64,000 nucleotides of DNA, from the NCBI RefSeq assembly GCF_009914755.1, contig NC_060937.1; one strand, given 5' to 3'. This DNA is from the human T2T-CHM13v2.0 reference genome, Homo sapiens. Positions 58,872-64,000 of the stretch are shown piece after piece. Below the pieces are notes generated by a model. It was not told where the DNA came from. It searched no databases and saw only the letters and a list, made by a program, of their open reading frames with translations. A program made the position numbers and the translations under genes. Numbering within the stretch: position 1 is the stretch's first letter; each line of letters starts with the position of its first letter.

Positions 58872-59892
58872 CTTTGTGGTTTTATCTACTTTTGGTCTTT
58901 GATGATGGTGATGTACAGATGGGTTTTTGGTGTGGATGTCCTTTCTGTTTGTTAGTTTTCCTTCTAACAGACAGGACCCTCAGCTGCAGGTCTGCTGGAG
59001 TTTGCTAGAGGTCCACTCCAGACCCTGTTTGCCTGGGTATCAGCAGCGGTGTCTGCAAAACAGTGGTTTTTCATGAACCATGAATGCTGCTGTCTGATTG
59101 TTCCTCTGGAAGTTTTGTCTCAGAGGAGTACCCGGCCGAGTGAGGTGTCAGTCTGCCCCTGCTGGGGGGTGCCTCCCAGTTAGGCTGCTCAGGGGTCAGG
59201 GGTCAGGGACCCACTTGAGGAGGCAGTCTGCCATTTCTCAGATCTCCAGCTGCATACTGGGAGAACCATTGCTCTCTTCAAAGCTGTCAGACAGGGACAT
59301 TTAAGTCTGCAGAGGTTACTGCTGTCTTTTTGTTTGTCTGTGTCCTGCCCCCAGAGGTGGAGCCTACAGAGGCAGGCAGGCCTCTTTGAGGTGTGGTGGG
59401 CTCCACCCAGTTGGAGCTTCCCGGCTGCTTTGTTTACCTAAGCAAGCCTGGGCAATGGCGGGCGTCCCTCCCCCAGCCTCTCTGCCACCTTGCAGTTTGA
59501 TCTCAGACTGCTGTGCTAGCAATCAGTGAGACTCCGTGTGTGTAGGACCCTCTGAGCCAGGTGCAGGATATAATCTCCAGGTGTGCCATTTTTTAAGCCC
59601 GTCGGAAAAGCACAGTATTCAGGTGGGAGTGACCCGATTTTCCAGGTGCCGTCTATCACCCCTTTCTTTGACTAGGAAAGGGAACTCCCTGACCCCTTGC
59701 ACTTCCCGAGTGAGGCAATGCCTCCCCCTGCTTCGGCTCGCACTTGGTGCGCTGCACCCACTGACCTGTGCCCACTGTCTGGCACTCCCTAGTGAGATGA
59801 ACCCGGTACCTCAGATGGAAATGCAGAAAGCACCCATCTTCTGCGTCGCTCACGCTGGGAGCTGTAGACCCGAGCTGTTCCTATTCGGCCAT
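58872..59892 (-). promoter_or_regulatory. L1 5' UTR with internal sense promoter and antisense promoter
   Basis: GC-richer L1PA 5' UTR; begins ATGGCCGAATAGGAACAGCTC on the minus strand; many CpGs decayed to TG/CA. Confidence 0.85.
59455..59529 (+). pseudogene. L1 ORF0: L1 antisense ORF0, truncated after 24 codons
   Basis: MAGVPPPASLPPCSLISDCCASNQ then TGA at 59527-59529 (CGA in consensus); the frame continues open as the 59536-59904 ORF. Confidence 0.85.
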
Positions 59893-62072
59893 TTAAAGTG
59901 GTAATTAGTTTTCTTGCTAGTAATTTGTATGAGTTCCTTATATATTTTGGATATTAATCCTTATCAGATGTACGTATGCTATGCAAATATTTGCTCCCAT
60001 TCTCTAGCTGTCTTTTTACTGTTGATTGTTTCCTTGGCTGTGCAAAAGTTTTTATTTTGATGTAGTCCAATTTTATTTCTGCTTTTGTTGCCCATGCTTT
60101 TGAAGTCTTGTCGAAAAAAATTTATATTTAGGCCAAAGACATAGAGATTTACCTTCTAGCAGTTTCACAGTTTCCTTCTAGTAGTTTTACAGTTTGGGAT
60201 CTTATGTTTAACTCCTTAATCCATTTTGAATTAATTTTCATATATGATATTAGCTAATGGTATAATTTAATTCTTCTGCATGTGGATATCCACTTGTTCA
60301 GTTGTGTCATTTATTGAAGTGCCTATACTTTCCCCTTTGTCAGAAGTCAATTGACCACTGGCTGGGTTAACTTCTTTCTGAGCTCTCTATTCTTTTCCAT
60401 TGGTCAACATATCTCTTTTTATGCCAATACCATGCTGTTTTGATCACTATAGCTTTGTAGTACACTTTGATTGCTGTTCTTTTTGCTCAAGATTTCTTTA
60501 GCTATTTGGGGTCTTTTGTGATTGCAAAAAAGTTTTAGGAATTTTTTCTATTTCTGTGAAAAATATTATTAGAATTTTGATAAGGATTGCATTAAATCTG
60601 TAGATTGCTTTGGGTGGTATTGACATTTTAGCAATATTAATTATTATGATCCATATACATGAGATATTGTTCCATTTATTTGTGTCTTCTATTTCACCCA
60701 ATGTTTTAGAATTTTCAGTGTACAGGTATTTCACCTCCTTTGTTAAATTTATTTTTAATTATTTTTTGTAGCTATTTCTAATGGAATTGTTTTCTTGATT
60801 TCTTCTTAAGATAATTCATTGTTAATGTGTAGAAATGTAACTGATTTTTGTATATTGATTTTATATCCTGCTATTTTACTGAATTTATGTATTAGTTCTA
60901 GCAGATTTTTGGTGGACTCTTTAGTGTGTTCCATATTTAAAATCCTGTTGTCTGCAAACAGAGAATTTAATTTTTTTTTCCTTTCCAATGATGATGCTTT
61001 TTATTTCTTTCTCTTACCTAATTGTTCTGGCTAAAATAAAAGTGGAGAGAGTGGACATCCTTATCTTTCCTGATCTTAGTCATAAAGGTTTTAACCCTTT
61101 ACTGTTGAGTATGATTTTAGTTACGGGCTTATCATATATGTTATTCATTGTGTTGAGGTAAATTTTTTATATAGAATTTGTTGAGACTTTTTATCTTGAA
61201 AGGTTGTTAAATTCTGTCAAATGCTTTTTCTGGATATATTAAAATTATCATGTTTTTTGTTCTTCATTCTGTTAAGGTAGTATCACATTTATAGATTTGC
61301 ATAGGTCAAATCATTCCTATATCTCTGGCGTAAATCTCACTTGATCATGTTGAATAATTCATTCAATGTGTTGTTGAATTCAGTTTGCTAATATTTTATT
61401 GAAGATTTTTGTATCTATATTCATCAAGAATATTAGCCTATAATTTTTTTCTTATGCTGTCTTTGTCTGTTTTTGGTATCAGAGAAAATTTGTCCTTGTA
61501 AATGAGTTTGGAAGTATTTTCTTTAATTTTTTTGAAGAGTTTGAGATGGATTAGTATTAGTTCTTCAAATAGTTGGTAGAATTTGGCAATAAGGCCATTA
61601 GGTTTGGGGTTTTATTTGATAGGAAATGAGTTATTAATATTTTAATCTCCTTACTCATTATTGATCTGTTCAGACTTTCTATTTCTTCATGATTCTATTT
61701 AGGTAGATTGTATATGTCTAGGAATTTATCCAATTTTTTCTAGGTTGTCCCAATTTGTTCATGTGCAATTTTTTATTGTAATCTCCTGACCTATTGTATT
61801 GCTGTGATATCAGTTGTAATGTCTCCTTTTTTACTGATATTATTTTTAAGTCTTCTCTGTTTTTAGTCTAGCTAAAATTTGTTGATGTTAATCTTTTCAA
61901 GAAACATCTCTTACTTTTATTGATCTTTTGTACTGTTTCTAATCTCTAGTTCATTTATTTCTTTTCTGTTCTTTATTATTTATTTCCCTCTGCTAACTTT
62001 GGGCTAAATTTGTTCTTGTTTATCTAGTTTCTTGATGTACAAATTTAGGTTGTTTATTTGGGAGCTTTCTTA
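59893..62072 (-). mobile_element. L1MA-type element, ORF2 continuation (right part)
   Basis: Resumes ttttcttgctagtaatttgtatgagttcc; ORFs 60498-60734 (IAKMSIPPKAIYRFNAI) and 60806-60988 (SLFADNRIL...[14 protein letters not shown]). Confidence 0.88.
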
Positions 62073-62094
62073 TTTAAGACTCACTTTCTTCTTT

Positions 62095-62838
62095 TTTGAG
62101 ATTCACTTGACCTGTAAAGACAAACACAGACTTAAAGTGAAGGAATGAAAAAGGGTAGTTCATGCAAATGAATACCGAAAGAGAGCAGGGTAGCTATATT
62201 CATTTTCGATAAAATAGACCTTACATTAAAAACTGTAAAATGAGTCAAAGAAAGACATTTTATAATGAAAAAAAGGAGTCCATTGATCAAGAGACTATAA
62301 TAATTTTAAATATATATGCACCCAATACCAAAGCACCTAAATATGTAAAGCAAATATTAATAAATCTAAAAGGAGAGAAAGATGGAAATATAATTATATT
62401 ACAGGACTTCAGTACTTCACTTTCAGCAATGTAAAGATCATCCAGACAAAAAATTAATAAAGAAACATTTAGACCAAGTGAACCTAACAGACATGTATAC
62501 AACATTCTATCCAACAAGAAACAGAATACACATTCTTTTAAAGTGCCCAAGGAACATTCTCCAGGATAGATGATATGTTAGACCACAAAACCAGTTTTAA
62601 TAAATTTAGGAACATTGAAATCATATCAGTTATCTCACCAAAATGATATGAAACTATATAACAGGAGGAATTTTAGAAAATTCACACATATATGGAAATT
62701 AAACATGCTCCTGAACAGCTAAGGGGCTAATGGAGAAAGTGAAAGAGAAATTTAAAAACATCTTGAAATAAACCAAAATGGAGACAGGGCATACTGCAAC
62801 CGGGGATGCAGCGAAACAGTCCTAAGAGGAAAGTTTAG
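62095..62838 (+). mobile_element. Inverted L1MA endonuclease-domain segment
   Basis: gagattcacttgacctgtaaagac (ETHLTCKD-like), [20 protein letters not shown] (62240-62434), ending gtcctaagaggaaagttt (VLRGKF). Confidence 0.85.
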
Positions 62839-62992
62839 AATCTCGATTGAGATCTATGGGCCTGATTGCCAATGTTGTGGGAATTTTGCAGGAGAAAAGA
62901 ACTAGGTCACACTGTTTTTCATGAGATTATTACTTAATCCTTTTTGCCTTCAGGTGTGCTTAAAGTGCCAAAATTTAGAAATTGTCAAATTC

Positions 62993-63322
62993 GGCCGGGT
63001 GCGGTGGCTCACGCCTGTAATCCTAACACTTTGGGAGGCCGAGGCAGCCGGATTGCCTGAGCTCAGGAGTTTGAGACCAGCCTGGGCAACATGGTGAAAC
63101 CCCGTCTCTACTAAAATACAAAAAATTAGCCTGCAGTGGCAGCGTGTGCTTGTAGTCTCAGCTACTTGGGAGGCTGAGGCAGGAAGAATTGCTTGAACCC
63201 GGGAGGCGGAGGTTGCAGTGAACCAAGATCGCGTCACTGCACTCCAGCCTGGGCGCCAGAGCGAGACTCCGACTCCAAAAAATAAATAAATAAATAAATA
63301 AAAATAAAAATAAATAAATAAA
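62993..63322 (+). mobile_element. AluS with (AAAT)n tail
   Basis: Full dimer; TSD agaaattgtcaaattc (62977-62992) / agaaattgtcgaattc (63323-63338). Confidence 0.95.
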
Positions 63323-64000
63323 AGAAATTGTCGAATTCAACATCTTCAAACATAAATCCAACCTTCTGCAGGGGAAAGGGAACAGAAGATTTTGGATTAC
63401 TGTGATGGCAGGTAAAGCTTATGGCTGTCTATCTTTTGGTATTGTAGAGTATCATTTATTTATCCTATTTTGGGCTCTAAAATTGAAGAACGCTTGGTCA
63501 GAGAACAGGCTCAGCTGTCATCAGACCCAAGCCAAATATGGATTCTACGAGCCTGGAACTGATTGCTCCCAGCATCCCCTGCCAGACCAGCTGCCCCAGC
63601 CCTTCGATTTGCTTCTGGGACCCCAGCTTTCCTAAGCCCAGAAATTTTTTCTCTGAGAAAAATGAAAAGTTTGAACTTAATAAAAGTTTGAAAATTGAGC
63701 TTCTTTCAGTTTTAACACTGTCAAAGACTCATGAATGATGCCTCAGAGAGGCTACCAAGTTATTCAGTGGAAGTTTTCCTCCCTGTTATGTGGGATGACT
63801 TGTTGAAATACCACCACCAAAACAAAAACAAAAACAAAAAAACATAAACACAGAGATTTGTCTTAAAATAAAACATTTATTCTGGCCAAAAGAAATCCTG
63901 AGGTCCTGAGACATTAGGGAATTCTGCCATTATTAATTGTTTTGATTCTGAATGGCTACTTGCAATGCCAATACTTAGGCTCCAACTTCCTGCTCAACTA

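Noticed and set aside
62940-63420. Acceptor (gccttcAG at ~62953) and donor (CAG|GTAAAG at ~63412) bracketing an Alu; ORFs 63402-63738
   Set aside because: No coherent reading frame or recognisable protein; the region more likely continues a degraded L1ME 5' end

Overview
AT-rich primate (human-like) genomic DNA dominated by interspersed repeats. I see no recognisable cellular protein-coding exon, rRNA, tRNA or CRISPR array. The main element is a near full-length minus-strand LINE-1 of L1PA3 type (53718-59892). Its ORF2 frame is complete except for one nonsense codon, its ORF1 and ORF0 are broken, it lacks about the first 13 nt including part of the YY1 site, and it carries a short putative 3' transduction. 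It sits inside an older L1MA-type element with twin-priming-like 5' inversion geometry. Also present are a two-LTR THE1 MaLR (13852-16201), a two-LTR MST-type MaLR with nested MLT2A2 and Alu (32070-35337), MLT2A1, MST, THE1, MER4 and MLT1 solo LTRs, nine Alu copies or fragments, MIR/L2 relics and DNA transposons (MER5A, MER20, MER58A, MER82). LTRs are strongly biased to the minus strand, hinting at an intron of a plus-strand transcript. I found no convincing evidence of a new biological system; the notable signals are retrotransposition and rearrangement footprints plus weak candidate non-coding exons and enhancers. Subfamily names come from remembered consensus sequences, and boundaries of old repeats are approximate.
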